Source: Marsupella aquatica (Eukaryota; Plantae; Marchantiophyta). Taken from it: a DNA stretch of 64,000 nucleotides. The position numbers and the translations under genes were made by a program. Positions 40,103 through 52,883 of this stretch are shown here, in pieces. Where the stretch lies: assembly GCA_973895155.1 (NCBI GenBank), contig OZ316891.1:27751561-27815560 (forward strand), given 5' to 3'. How positions within the stretch are numbered: the stretch's first letter is position 1; each line of letters starts with the position of its first letter. The notes below the pieces were generated by a model that was not told the origin of the DNA, did no database searches, and saw only the letters and a list, made by a program, of their open reading frames with translations.

Positions 40103-40683
40103 TATCTCTCCACAAGTGGAAACCCTGGCTAACTGCAAGGCGTTTCTTCTTCCCTGTTTTCCTGTAGAGTATGACTTTTCCTGCACTTTTTGTAAGTGAA
40201 AACTGCGCTACACGATTGCTGTACAAGTGCAAACCCTGATAAGTGTACATGAGCATTTGGTTTATCTCCACAAGTGGAAACCCTGGATAACTGCAAGATG
40301 TCTCTTCTTCCCTTCTTTCCTGTAGAGGAAGACTTTTCCTGCACTTTTGTAAGTGAAAACTGCGCTACACGATAGCTGTATAAGTGCAAACCCTGATAAG
40401 TGTACATGAGCATCTGGTGTCTCTCTTTAAGTGGAAACCCTGGATAACTGCAAGTTGTCCTTTCTTCCCTTTTTTCCTTGTAGAGTATGACATTTCCTGC
40501 ACTTTTTGTAAGTGAAAACTGACCAAACAAACTTTTGCTACACTACAACTTTACAAGTGCAAACCAGATAAGTGTACATGAGCACTTTGTGTCTCTCCAT
40601 AAGTGGAAACCCTGGATAACTGCAAGTTTTCCCTTCCTCCTCTTTTCCCTGTAGAGTATGCACTTTTCCTGCACTGCTTGTAA
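40103..40683. repeat. Tandem array with a unit of about 160-170 bp, about 3.5 copies
   Basis: aagtggaaaccctggataactgcaag...gtagagtatgacttttcctgcac...aagtgcaaaccctgataagtgtacatgagca, repeated. Confidence 0.9.
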
Positions 40684-43135
40684 ACAAAGTTTAGCTGAAG
40701 GACACAGCTACATATTATTTGGGAGTTTAAGAGTTCATAACTTACTCATGTCTTCTGGTTATGCCTAAATTGCCATGACTTGCAGAACACACTAAAGATG
40801 ATCTGATGGACAGAGTTAGGATTCAAGCTGGATTAGATAATCAATAACTCATGTGTTACAGATTAGTCAAAATTGCTGCAGACTACAGAGATGATGATGA
40901 CGATGATAAGTTTTAACCATAAAACTGACCATGCCTGTACTTTGACTGTCCTAATGGAGATCAGAAAGCTCTTTTATGTGTAAGGTCTTGGGCAAATGAC
41001 ACAAAGCAATTCATCATGTGTTCCAGATTAGCCAAAACTGCTATGCAACTGAGATGACTATCGATAACTTTTTAGCTATCAAACTGTCCACTAACTGGGA
41101 TTGTAAGGCAGATCAAAAAGCCCCTCTATGAATAAGGGTCCTTGCAAATGGTACAAAGAAAAGCATCCCAATGTCCAGATAAATTTGTTAGATCGTAAGT
41201 GTTTGGGCCCAAGGATCCGTTCACAAGATCTTATGGTCTTCCTAATTCTACAGAAATCTAATGATCAAAGAGTATAGATGTCAGGTGTGAATTATCCAGA
41301 ATTTCCTCCCTTACTAAAATACTATCTCGCATTTGCAATAGTTCTTAGCATCGAATTTTTAGTTTATATAGTAAACTTAAAATTAAAAAACTAAAACAGG
41401 AGAGTAATATTCTGACATGCAGTTGTGGGTGAAATAAAAATCACTTAATATTAGCGCAGGTCTTGCTCGACCCGGGATGGCAGTACGGTAGAGTGAACTG
41501 CAGTTGAACCTTTTTGTAACGTCTGGTTTGGGTTCTCGGGTCGGGCCCACCGTCGGTCGGACATCACGCGTGTCGGTGGACCGTCTTTTCCTCGTCACTC
41601 CGTCGCGCTGCCACTTCCCAGGCGGTGGGAGTCGCCCCGTCCCAGTCTCGAAAATCCATGCGACCCGCTCGGTTGCCCCCTCCCCTAGGGTCGCGGTCCG
41701 GGCGCGTCGCTGGCCCTTCCTTTGGTACAGTACCAGATTTTACGACCCCTCGGGTTTTGATGAGCCCGCCCTCAACGACCGTTCCTTTCCCTTCGGCCCC
41801 CTATGTTTCCGCTCCTCCTCTAGTATAGCCCGCTACTTTTTTTGGTTCTCGCATAAACGATTTTTTTTTATAAGCCGGGGTGGTGAATGTGTAGGGTAAC
41901 CTATGGTTCCAGCTGGGGTGATAAATGTGTAGGGTAACCCATGGTTGATGGTTCCAAGGGGGTTGTGGGACTTAATTCTTTTTGTGGTGATCCCAAGGGG
42001 TTAGTTAAACTCCCCAAGTGACCATGGATTATGTATTGTAAGCCTTTATTTTGACAAATGCACGGAAGGGGGGGGGGATATTGCAAGGTAATTATCTCAG
42101 AGTTAGTGTTTGTTCCTGATTAAAGTTGGTAACCCTAATTTTAAGAGTGGTTTGAATAGGAAAAGACACTAATTGTGGTAGGTTTGGGATAAGACACTTT
42201 TGGATTGGAATTCCCTGAACAAGAACAATTCAGTATAACTTATCCAGTCCTGCTTGCCATATGTGCTGCGGTTGTTTGGCAAATTGTGTAGCCCTGTTGA
42301 GCTTCTGTTTCCGAGCTCTTACTTTTCTTTTTCTAGTGATCCAAGGTGCATGAGGCAGACTTTGTCCCCTGGCAGTCAGAGGCGAGGGAGCAATGAATGC
42401 CTTTGTGCCTCCGCGTAGGAACACTGCTGGAAGATGCATTTGTCTTTGAAATGTGGCTCCCTGAATTGCTTCGATGGATTTGCATAAGGGCTAAGTAACT
42501 CTCTAAATAACGTTATGCACAGATAGAATACTAGTAGGCAGGGACAATAAGGTTTGTTTGTACATGTCCTGTGCAAAAACTTAATATTTTCACTTTCAAC
42601 ATATGGGGTGATGCAATGAGTAACCTAGATTTTGTTTTTTACTTTCAAAACAATGTGTACATTGATTCATCAGTGTTTTACATCATATTGCTTAGAATAT
42701 TCCTAAAATGTACATTATAAGGGTTTAAAATTTTCACATACATTCACTATAATTTGTCCTAAAATACTAAGATTTAAATACTATAATATACAATCCCACT
42801 GTAGTCCTTTGCTTATCTAGCGCCCCCCCCCCCCTCAATAGCCAGCCCCATCTCCTGTCGTCTCTCTGTCTCATGTTGTCATTTAGATTCTGTGCTTGCT
42901 CTCCTCCCTTCTCCTAAACCTTTGTTTGATAATCCTTTAGCTCAACATCACTTATTATTGACCATATTATGCTCCGTAACACTTACAATCAACTTACATA
43001 TTTTACTATGGACAATACTATGCAAGGCAAGGCATTGGGCTAACTTCAATATTTAATTTTAATTTTTGCTAGGACAACACTTTCAATCAACTTGTACTTC
43101 TAGCGACACTACCATCCAAGGCTTATTATTGACAA

Positions 43136-43680
43136 CTAGCCCCATGCCCGTGCGTTGCACGAAAGATGTTGAATGAGGTCAAGATGTTGACATGAGGGCA
43201 AGATGTCAAGGTGAGGGCAAGATTTCAAGGTGAGGGCAAGATTTCAAGGTGAGGGCAAGATGTCGAGGTGAGGGCAAGATTCTGAAGTGAGGGCAAGATG
43301 TTGAGGCAAGTGCAAAATGTTGAGGAGAGAAAGATTTTGAGGAGAGGGTAAGATGTGAAGGAGATGCGGAGATGTCAAGGTGAGGGCAAGATGTCAAGGA
43401 GATGCAAAGATATCCAGGCGAGAGCCAGATGTCGAGGAGAGGCAAAGATGTCCAGGCGAGGGGAAGATGTCGAGGGGAGAAAAAAATGTCAAGGAGAGGC
43501 AAAAATGTTTAGATGAGGGCAAGATGTTGAGGGAAGGGCCAGATGCCGGGGAGAGGCAAAGATGTTGAGGCAAGGGCAAGATGTTGAGGAGAGGGTAAGA
43601 TGCTGCGGAGATGCGAAGATGTTGAGGCAAGGGCAAGATGTTGAGGAGAGGCAAAGATGTCAAGCGAGGTCAAAGCAAGG
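43136..43680 (-). mobile_element. Helitron 3' terminus with internal 19-bp minisatellite (about 27 units); best-preserved family member
   Basis: The minus strand ends CGTGCAACGCACG-GGCATGGGG-CTAG|T, a GC hairpin about 9 nt before CTAG followed by T, which is the canonical Helitron 3' end. The unit aaggtgagggcaagat(g/t)tc has period 19 (43207, 43226, 43245). Confidence 0.8.
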
Positions 43681-43949
43681 CAAAAGACAAATAATTCCAG
43701 AGAAATTAAGGTAATGTTCAAAAATAAATTAAAGGAAATAAAAGCGAAAAGACAGACACAAAAGGCAAAGTGGGAGAAATCCAACATACTGAAAGGGAGT
43801 TAGAGGTAGTATCCAGAGCTATTAATAGAGTTTTGCAGATGGGCCAACAAAAAACTTCTTTTCCATCCAATGGTTGAGGTTGAATCTGGCCCATTCTTGT
43901 GACTGTAAGCAGATGATGCCCATAAATGGATGGGATCCCTTATTGTGTG

Positions 43950-44095
43950 ATAGCCCAATGCCCAAGAATTTGAGGCGAGGCAAGGATGTAGAGGCAAAGG
44001 AAAGATGTCAAGGCAAGGCAAGAATGTCAAAGCGAGTGAAAATGTCAAGGCGGAAGCAAGACAGAAATGTTGAGGCAAGACAACAATGTGGAGGA
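43950..44095 (-). mobile_element. Short additional copy of the minisatellite-Helitron family
   Basis: About seven degenerate 19-bp units ending on the minus strand in ggcattgggCTAT. The hairpin is lost. Confidence 0.5.
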
Positions 44096-44864
44096 GGGAA
44101 ACACTTTTTTGTTTTAATGTTCAATTTTTCAAGATTCTGATAAATAAGTATTTTTATGCAAAAAACTATAAGTTTTCCATCGTAGGAAAGCTCTTGGCTG
44201 GCAAAAATATTATCCCCTCTATCATTTTCTTGCTTTGCAGTTTTTACCATGTACTGAACTTTGTTTTACTTCTTTTTGTCCCTTTATCTTTAGAAACCAA
44301 CCTCCCCTCTCCCTCCTTGTGGCTTTTCCCTTTTGTCTTTGAAAACCAACCCTTTCCCTTCCTTGTGGCTTTAAGTATCCAGGGTATTCATATACCCTGG
44401 GACAGTGATAGATACACTACGACCCCAATTGTCCCTCATTGACAATTATTTTTTGCAGATATACCTTCATAATCATACTCTATGCAAAATCCAAAAAATT
44501 TGACATGCCCCAAAAGTTTATGGTTGGGATGTGTGTAACTTATTAATAAAGAGAAAGAAATATTTTAGATGATGTCACATAAGAATGTACATAAAAAATA
44601 CTTTATGTACTATGTATTATACTATAAAGAGAAGTATATGACCCTCCTGGTGAATCAATCCACGAGTACACAAAAAACTTAAAAATAATCTGACGGCTTA
44701 GCTTGATTCCCTCCATTTTCAATTTTGTAAGCAGACGAAAGTACTTTTTGGCGGCATTGCATATTATAGATGTAGATAATAGGCAAGACAAAAGTGAAGT
44801 CCTGATGGACCTCCATGTTCAGCACAATGCTCCCATGGACCACATTTGGTTGGTCCATGGATGG

Positions 44865-45447
44865 TGGACCATGGGAGTTTTGGACTCATGACTTGATGAT
44901 TATGAGTCTTACAGATAAACTTTAGTCTTTCACGTGCAAGGCAACTAGAGAAGGGGAGACCAGAAAAACCACAAACCCTAATATTTAGTATTAACACAAT
45001 GAGAATTGATCTAATACAATTTACCTGTCCAAATTCCATGATGAATAATTCAACCAAAGTGACCAAAATTTCATTGTCACTTTGATGGAAGTGTAAGTCA
45101 CTTACTCCAGAAAATTCTCAAAACTAAAAAATATATGAGTTTAAGAGCATCAAAGTATTATATAATTAAAAGATCACTCCTCTAGCTCATTCTCAAAACT
45201 AAAAAATATATAAATTTAGGAACATCAAGTTTTTATAATTAAGTCTAGAGAGGCATGGTTGAGTGATAGCTCGTTTGAGTGGAGATTTATAAGTTCAAAT
45301 GTTGTGACTGACTGTTCACTTTCTATGAAATTTCACAGATTTCTCCTTAAAATTAAGAAAAAAAACATTCTTATAATTAAAGTCAAAGTTTGGAAAATGT
45401 GGTCCATTTGACTTTCAAAAGACCAAGGTTGTGGTGGGTATGGGACT
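44865..45447 (-). mobile_element. Dispersed repeat copy B (inverted relative to 30897-31325), directly upstream of the PFK leader
   Basis: acttgatgattatgagtc (44891), tgtcactttgatgg (about 45075) and ggaaaatgtggtccat...aagaccaaggttgtggt (45392-45435) are reverse complements of copy A blocks. Confidence 0.6.
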
Positions 45448-46342
45448 AATTTCAATAATTATTAGTTTAATTTGTGCGCCAACCTAGCGTCCCTCTACTG
45501 TAGTAGTCGAGTCCTCTGCGTCTAAAGGAAGAGTGTTGTCTTTCGCTTTTTGCTCTGCTCCTCTCTGCTCTGTCTCTCGTTCGTCATTTAGCTCCTCTCC
45601 TCTCCTTCAATTGAGGCATTTGAGCTCTGAGAATCTGTCTCTTCACTTGATTGCAATCTTCACACACATTTTCGATCTCCAGCTTTCTCTCTCTCGCTTC
45701 ATTTCTCTCGTTTCGGCCGTGCGCCGCTCTTCATTTTGAGCGAAATCTGTCTCGTAGACCTCATAGGGTTCTCGAACTGGAGCTTTTTCGGTTTGGTGCT
45801 CTCTGGACTCGTTCCTCTATATGGATTCTGCCCCTTTCTGCATGCTCATGCTCGCGCTTTGATTCGTGAAGTGGTTTGGTTGTGTTGTGGCACCTCGTAG
45901 ATGCGGATTCTATGTCGCGCTGCGGGAATTGCGTTTAACGACAAAGCACAGTTTGGATTCGCGTCTGTATAAATATTTTTCTCTGCTTCACTGCTTCACT
46001 GCGCTCCTCTGCACTGCACTGCACGACACGGCACGCCGCGACACAGCTCGGCTGTGTGTGTGTGTGCAGCTCTCTTTCTGGCTCGACATACGCATTGGAC
46101 TCTCGTAGAATTGCGTCCCACGGCAAGGCGCGGTGGGGCGGATTGGGAATAGGATTAGGGAGAATTCTGCTTTAGTGCCACTCCCGCTGCTTGATTTATT
46201 TCATCGGCGTGGTGCGGTGTTGCTGTTCTGTTCCTCAGCTCTCTGAATTCTAGGATTTAAATTTTGACTTCTCGGAAACGGGAGAAGTGAAGGACTGAGG
46301 ATCGCGAGAGGTCGAGGGAGGGGAGGCCGAGGAGGAGAAGAA

Positions 46343-49300
46343 ATGGCTCTGAGCTCGGGAGCGAGGATGCCGTCCCTGAGACACCACAGCACAGTGGGAG
46401 TCTCAGGAGAGGACATGGCTCCTTTTGCTTGCACTACATCGCCTACTGCCAGGTTTTTGCTGAGAAAGCCACTCACTCCTCCTTGGGACCCTAATAATAT
46501 TAGTAGGAGGCTTACTAGCTCATCCCCTGCCATCGTCGTCGTGCATGCCAGTGGACTGTCCGTCCATGGAAATTCGAATTTGGGCCCATGGCGAAGAGTC
46601 GTAGGAGCATCTTCATCATACGCAAGCAGTACCGCTACTGCTGTTCGCAGTGCTGCTGCGTTGTACAGTAGTGGCAGCAGGAGAAGACGGGCAGGACGGC
46701 GATCATCGGCATCAGCATTGTTACTGCCGCAGCACCTGGCATTTTTTGTTGGCAGTAGTCGGATAGAGTTGCGAAGAGGGAGCACTACTGCATCATCATC
46801 GCATGAGCATAAGCTCAGTGCGGGGGTCCAATCTGGTTGCAGAGCAGCAGTTACTAAACGCGAGGAAATAATCCTGGACGATGTTCCCCATCTCTCGAAC
46901 TGGCTCCCCGATGTGCCTGTAAGTTTTCTCTTGTTGGATCGAGTCCATCTGAGTGGCGATGGCCCAGACATTTTTACCTCAAAATTCCGGAAGTGGATCT
47001 CTACAAGCGTCGTTTCCACCGGCGACTAGCAGAAATGCTGCCCTATCTTGTACATTAAACATTTATTTGGGGTATCACAGATTATGAAAATATCAAATTA
47101 TTCACGTCCAGGCTGTCTACATGAACCGAAACGGGATGATTTTTTCCATCCGTCTTAGAACCCCTCAGGGTATCTGAGATCTCGCTGAATTCGAGCAACC
47201 AGCTGGCCTCCCAGACCAGTTTTTGAAGGGATTTCTCAGGGAGAAGATTTTTGTTGTGACTGCAATTTGTTTCGCATGTGCAGCTGTATCCAAACCCCCT
47301 GGTGGATAATCCAGCTTACAAAGCCGTGAGGTACACGGTGACTGCATCAAGCAAAGAGTTAATCGAGTTTACTTTATTTCTTTATTTCTGTATTATCTAT
47401 TATTTGTTCGTAAATTATTTAGTTAGACGTGCTCTTTGTCCCCGGGTCATCTGCGCATTGCATTTGGTTTTTGTTCCTATCTCCTAGACTCCTTTGATTG
47501 GGCTCTGAGTTGGGACGACTTTCTCCTGCTGCCTTTAATCAACTTGTTTGTTTGGATTTTTCCAGGCAATATTTCGTGGAAGAAGATGATGTTGTTGCCA
47601 AGAATGTAAGCTGCTTTGAGCCTTGGTAGTCGCTTATTGCTTCAGTAGCATTCCAATTCGTTCAATTTACTTCGTTCATAGCTTTTTGAGGTGTATTCAC
47701 CTCGTGCACTGACTGTTTTCATCGGTTAGAAATCTGGGCGATGTTGACTGAATCGGTCGACCTCTAAGGTTACCAGGTTGAAACTTCGCAGGTTGTGGTC
47801 AAAGTTAGTTCACCATCAGATGGCGTTTACTTTCGCCGAGCTGGACCACGTGAAAAGGTATGCATCTTCTCATTGCCGTGTATTTCTGTGATGATGAATT
47901 TGATCACCGATCTAACGTCTATCTCGAAGCTTGAGGATCGCTCAGTCGGATGCAGCCGTGCGGTGTTGGTTGTTCTTTGATAAGGACATTATCTAACCAG
48001 ATTGAGCCTTACTGAACTACAACTTCTCCATGACCAGGTCGTTTTCAAAGGAGATGAAGTTCGTGCTTGTATTGTGACTTGTGGGGGGCTGTGCCCAGGA
48101 CTGAACACAGTGATTCGTGAGATTGTCTGTGGACTATGGACAAGTTATGGAGTTCGGGATATTATTGGCATTGACGTAAGTTTATTATCTCAGTGCTCAA
48201 GAATTGTTATGAGGTTGCGCTTTCTGCATTTGGTGTCGTCCCTCGTCCCCGTGGGTCCGTAGTGCATACGTATACTCAAGACTGATGTTGCGTCTCTGCG
48301 TCTCTGCAGGGTGGGTATCAGGGATTCTACTCCAGCAATACCATCCAACTGAATCCGAAAGTCGTCAATGACATTCACAAGAAAGGTGGGACTATCCTGG
48401 GTACTTCACGTGGAGGGCATGACAAGACAAAAATTGTTGCAGCAATCCTTGACCGGGGTATCAATCAGGTGTGCAGCGGACCTTGTCTAGTGTACCTGGA
48501 TGTACTGGGCCTACTAGAGTTCAGTTTTGGTAGTTTCTTTTCACAGGGTGTGACCTGTCAAGTAACGTCATCGCATCAATGGATGCTAATTTTCCAATTA
48601 CTTGATACCACAGGGTGATGAATTTCAATTTCTTATATGAACTTGAAATTGTTGTATCTGTTCTGTAAGAGATAATGAGAATAAATTATCGTTCACCGCA
48701 AATGTTCTACCTATCATAAGACCCAAGAAATGTTAAGTGTTGAAGACCGAACTACATGACATATGCTTATTGTTTACATGAAGGTCTACATCATTGGTGG
48801 TGACGGAACTCAAAGAGGGGCAGCCGTCATTTCTGAGGTGCGTGATTTCTGGACAAATGTGTAGTCATTGATAGATCATCAAGAATGGATCCTTTGCGAA
48901 GGTTTGCAAGTAACTCTGTAGGTTGTTTGCATTTAGTAATCTGTCCAAACTTCAGCCATGTTGTTCGAGGTTTAGCGGAACACTGCTTGGATTCGATGTT
49001 GGGTTGTCGCGCCAGGTTATTTTGCGAGCATCTGTTTGTGACTAGGCTTTGTTGGGAACGTGGTAAGAAGCTCGTCCCATGGCTGCTGTACTAAGCTAAG
49101 AGTGTACGCAATGTACGTGTGGCTGAAATGGCAGGAACTGAAGAAGCTTGGGGTGAAGGTGGTTGTGGCTGGTATTCCAAAGACCATCGACAATGATATT
49201 GCAGTAGGGTCCCTGTTGTACTTGCCCTTGTCTCCTGTCTTTATGTAAAATCAGAAACTTGTCTATATAATAAATCCCTCTATCTGCAGAAAAGCGATGT

Positions 49301-51401
49301 CTCCGTTCTGGAAATAGACTCATTGTTCCAATGCTGATACCATAATAACCGCTCACAGCAGCATTTATCATAGTTCGTATCAAGGTTGTCATCTGATGCA
49401 TTTTCTTTTCAGGTGATTTGCAATTCATTGGTATTTGATCCTGCTTTTCTGGAAGCTCAGAGGCAGTGGATGCAATTTCTTTCATTGTCTGGGTCAAGGT
49501 TGGAATCTAATTCAAATTCAACACAGGTCATAGATAAGTCATTTGGTTTTGATACTGCGGTGGAGGAAGCTCAGAGGGCTATAAACGCCGCACATGTGGA
49601 AGCAGAAAGTGTGAAAAACGGTGTTGGTCTTGTGAAGCTGATGGGCCGCTACAGTGGTAGGTGATATTTTTGAAGTCGTCTTCCGGATTTGAAGTTTTAA
49701 GGCAACTGAGTTTCTATTAGCACGCACCAGAATGTTTTGAATCTTTATCTATCCGTTCCTATTGGGTAGCAGGAATTTTGGGTTGATCCTGAGTGGACGC
49801 AAAATCTTTGAGATTCGGATATTCATGGCTACCGAGAATCGAAATAACGCTGTGTTTGCCTGTTGCAGGATATATTGCAATGTACGCCACCCTTGCCAGT
49901 CGGGACGTGGTAAGATTTCAGATTACGCAACGATTTCTTTTGTAACTCCTAAATATCCTAACCAGATAGGAGGACATAATTCTGGCTCATTGTATGTCTT
50001 GCGCATCGTTCTGTGTCGTTCTCTGTGAGCTGCAACATTTTGTACCTTTTCTGGAATGAATTTGAACCTTTGATCGGGTACATTTTTAGTATACATCATG
50101 GTAGAATAGAATTGAATTATTCTGTGGAACAGAATAAGCGGTGAGTCACAAAGCAGGCAGGGGTTCGCACTTTTTCAAGTGAGTGGTCCGGTAGTTATTT
50201 ACCTCATGTCACATGCACCCTTCCAATTGATCTGAAAAAGCGTTCATTTTTTATGTATGTTCTAATTCAATAAAGTCTACTGTTCGTCTCTCAGGACTGC
50301 TGCTTGATTCCTGAAGTGCCATTCTATCTAGAAGGGAAAGGTGGCCTATATGACTTTGCTCGTCAACGCCTTCGAGAAAATGGGCACATGGTTATAGTGG
50401 TGGCCGAAGGTGCCGGTCAGGAGCTTATTGCTGAAAGCTCCCAAGTCAGTCAACTCGATGCATCAGGAAATCGGCTTCTCTTAGACGTTGGCCTCTGGCT
50501 GTCTCACAATTTGAAGGTCTGTTGTGCCTTCTTGCCTTACAAGGACTCGACGGAATCTCTTTAGTGCTCTTTGCGCAGAGTGAATTATCTACGTTAGTTG
50601 TAACTCTTGGTATAATTTCTTCTGGTGCAGGAACACTTTCTTTCTAATAAGAAGGAGGCTATTACTCTGAAATATATTGGTAAGATCGTCTCTTGTGACC
50701 TTTTGAGTACCACCGTGATTTAAAGTCAGCAAGACAGTTCATAGGGCTTTCCTCGATCTCCTCTTTTATAAGTACTGGCAATTGCCTAGTCACCTCTATC
50801 CGTCGTCATCGTCCGCAAACTGGATCAGCTGCTTACTCTGAGCTGTGGTGATTGCAGATCCAACATACATGGTGCGAGCGATTCCAAGCAATGCATCAGA
50901 CAATGTTTACTGTACCCTTTTGGCACATAGTGCGATGCATGGGGCCATGGCAGGTTTTACAGGTTTTACAGTTGGTCCAGTAAATGGGCGGCATGCATAC
51001 ATTCCTATTGCTGTAAGTCGTGTACCTGAACTGAAAGTTTTTGGTAAATTACCTACATAATAGTTGCCGTAGACTTGTGATTTTTTTAATCATGGATTCT
51101 ACACATGCCCCTCTACATATGCCTGAAATACAAGTTTGGTTCTGTGTTTATTTTGCAGACTGCAGTTGCATCACAAAACAATGTCAATGTAACTGATAGA
51201 ATGTGGGCACGGCTTCTCTCTTCCACACAACAGCCTGATTTTTTGCAATACCACAACGCCATGGAGGAGAAGAAGTTGTCTAACGCCAGAGTCCAGGCTA
51301 AAACTACTAATGGGGCTGTACCTCAAGAGAACAAGGGGGATGGTGGCTTCCTCGCTCAACCTCAGCTGAAAACTGAAGAAGTTTCAAAAAAGGATCCTTG
51401 A
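46343..51401 (+). CDS. PFK: ATP-dependent 6-phosphofructokinase (plant PFK_A type), 662 aa, long N-terminal extension (probable plastid transit peptide)
   Basis: Fourteen exons in phase, total 1989 nt: 46343-46918, 47284-47330, 47566-47605, 47792-47857, 48038-48175, 48310-48468, 48784-48837, 49135-49203, 49527-49656, 49869-49909, 50295-50516, 50631-50679, 50858-51012, 51159-51401. Motifs: [42 protein letters not shown] (ATP-type), [28 protein letters not shown]. Confidence 0.97.
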
Positions 51402-52883
51402 GCAAGAGTCAAACACTTTTCAGTGCCATTCAAGATTCTGTCAAGGGCGATTTGAAAGTCAGGCCAAATGTAATTAAGAATGGAATGATAGCTTTATGTG
51501 TCACCGGATCACGACTCCAGAAATGGCGCAGACGAATTTTATCATGGGCGACTTCTTTTTTCGCAAAGGATAAGTCTAAGTCATAGCTGTGCAAAAGCTA
51601 ACCATGCCCAATGTGCAGACTCGGAAGTGAAATATGTATACCTGCGCTAGAAGTCTCATCTACTACTCGAAGTACCTGCACTAAATGTGAATATGAGGCC
51701 TTGGTGGAGCGCATGTCATTCAGCAATGCACAGGGACCTCCCTTCTGGCTGGATGTTTGCAGGTAGGCAGTATTCGCTGGCAAAGAGTTCTATGACCGTC
51801 AGGCACTGGGTTTGATTGTGCACGTTATTGAGATATGGGGAATGGGACTATGGGAGGTCTGTTGGGAATGTCTATGTGCTCAATTTACCCAGCGGCTGAA
51901 GATTTTTAATACTGCGGATGAGTGCTGCGATAGAGACAGCACAAAGGAACTGTCTGCAGTAATGTGCAGTACAGGTCCGCAGGGTACTGCTGGGACATTA
52001 TCATTTATGTAACATAAGCCATACTTATGTTACTTCACTCCATTATTTGTAGCCATTAATTACGAAAAGTAGTTGACATACAGCAGTAATGATGAGGTTT
52101 TAGCCCTGGGATCATTTTTGGAAGACCTTGCGGTAAGATTAGCGAGCTTTAAATTCGAAACGTAGGAGTAGTACAATTATTAATCGACAAGGTATGTACA
52201 GTGCAGGAGTGTTGCAAACCGTGAACAGAAGAGTAGCAAAATGTCCTTTGGACAGATATCCACAGAAGTTCGTCAGACAAGTCCAGATTACCTATAGCCT
52301 CAGCAAATAAAGCATTTTCTGTTCACAATTTCCGCTCCATCGTACTTTGCAACTGATTTTCCCTACGGAGTGAATAAAACCTACTCTGCTCATGATAAAT
52401 TTTGACAATGCCAATACTATATCAACGAATTATATTGATTGTGTCGAAGTATTCTAGTGAAGTACGGTCACAGATGTAGAAGACAACTCTTGTGAAACTA
52501 TAATTTATGGAGGGACACTACATCACGGACAATTATGTATTTAATATTTTGCACCCATCTACTTATGCTGTTTTTTACGGGAATGACTAGCTCATGATGG
52601 TGTTTTTGCTCAGGACTTGCTCAGTAGCTTTAGCCATGGTGTATGGATTCTAAGATTAGGCGAGTAGGTCCATGCTAAAATCAACCTTGCATAGACCCAT
52701 GCTAAACATGGGGCTAGTGGGTCTTGCTCATCTCATGAGCCACCTTACAGTCAGTTTCGCCTGTCCCTCAATGGGATTATTTTGCCATAACTGTATGTAG
52801 TTTATCACACTACCCCTTCATAAATAGCAAATGACCCTACATAACTGTATGTACAGTAGTTTTTGTAGGGTCATTTACCTATT

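Noticed and set aside
43206-43787. Leu-rich repeat-like ORFs (also at 25546 and 39203)
   Set aside because: Translations of the 19-bp minisatellite, whose period is not a multiple of three.
44379-44400. Perfect 9-bp hairpin CCAGGGTAT-tcat-ATACCCTGG
   Set aside because: Isolated, with no CTRR end or other supporting context; could be chance or TE debris.
45254-45320. Faint A/B-box-like SINE head inside repeat copy B
   Set aside because: Boxes are degenerate, and no tail or TSD was found.
46201-47019. 272-aa antisense ORF
   Set aside because: Shadow of GC-rich PFK exon 1.
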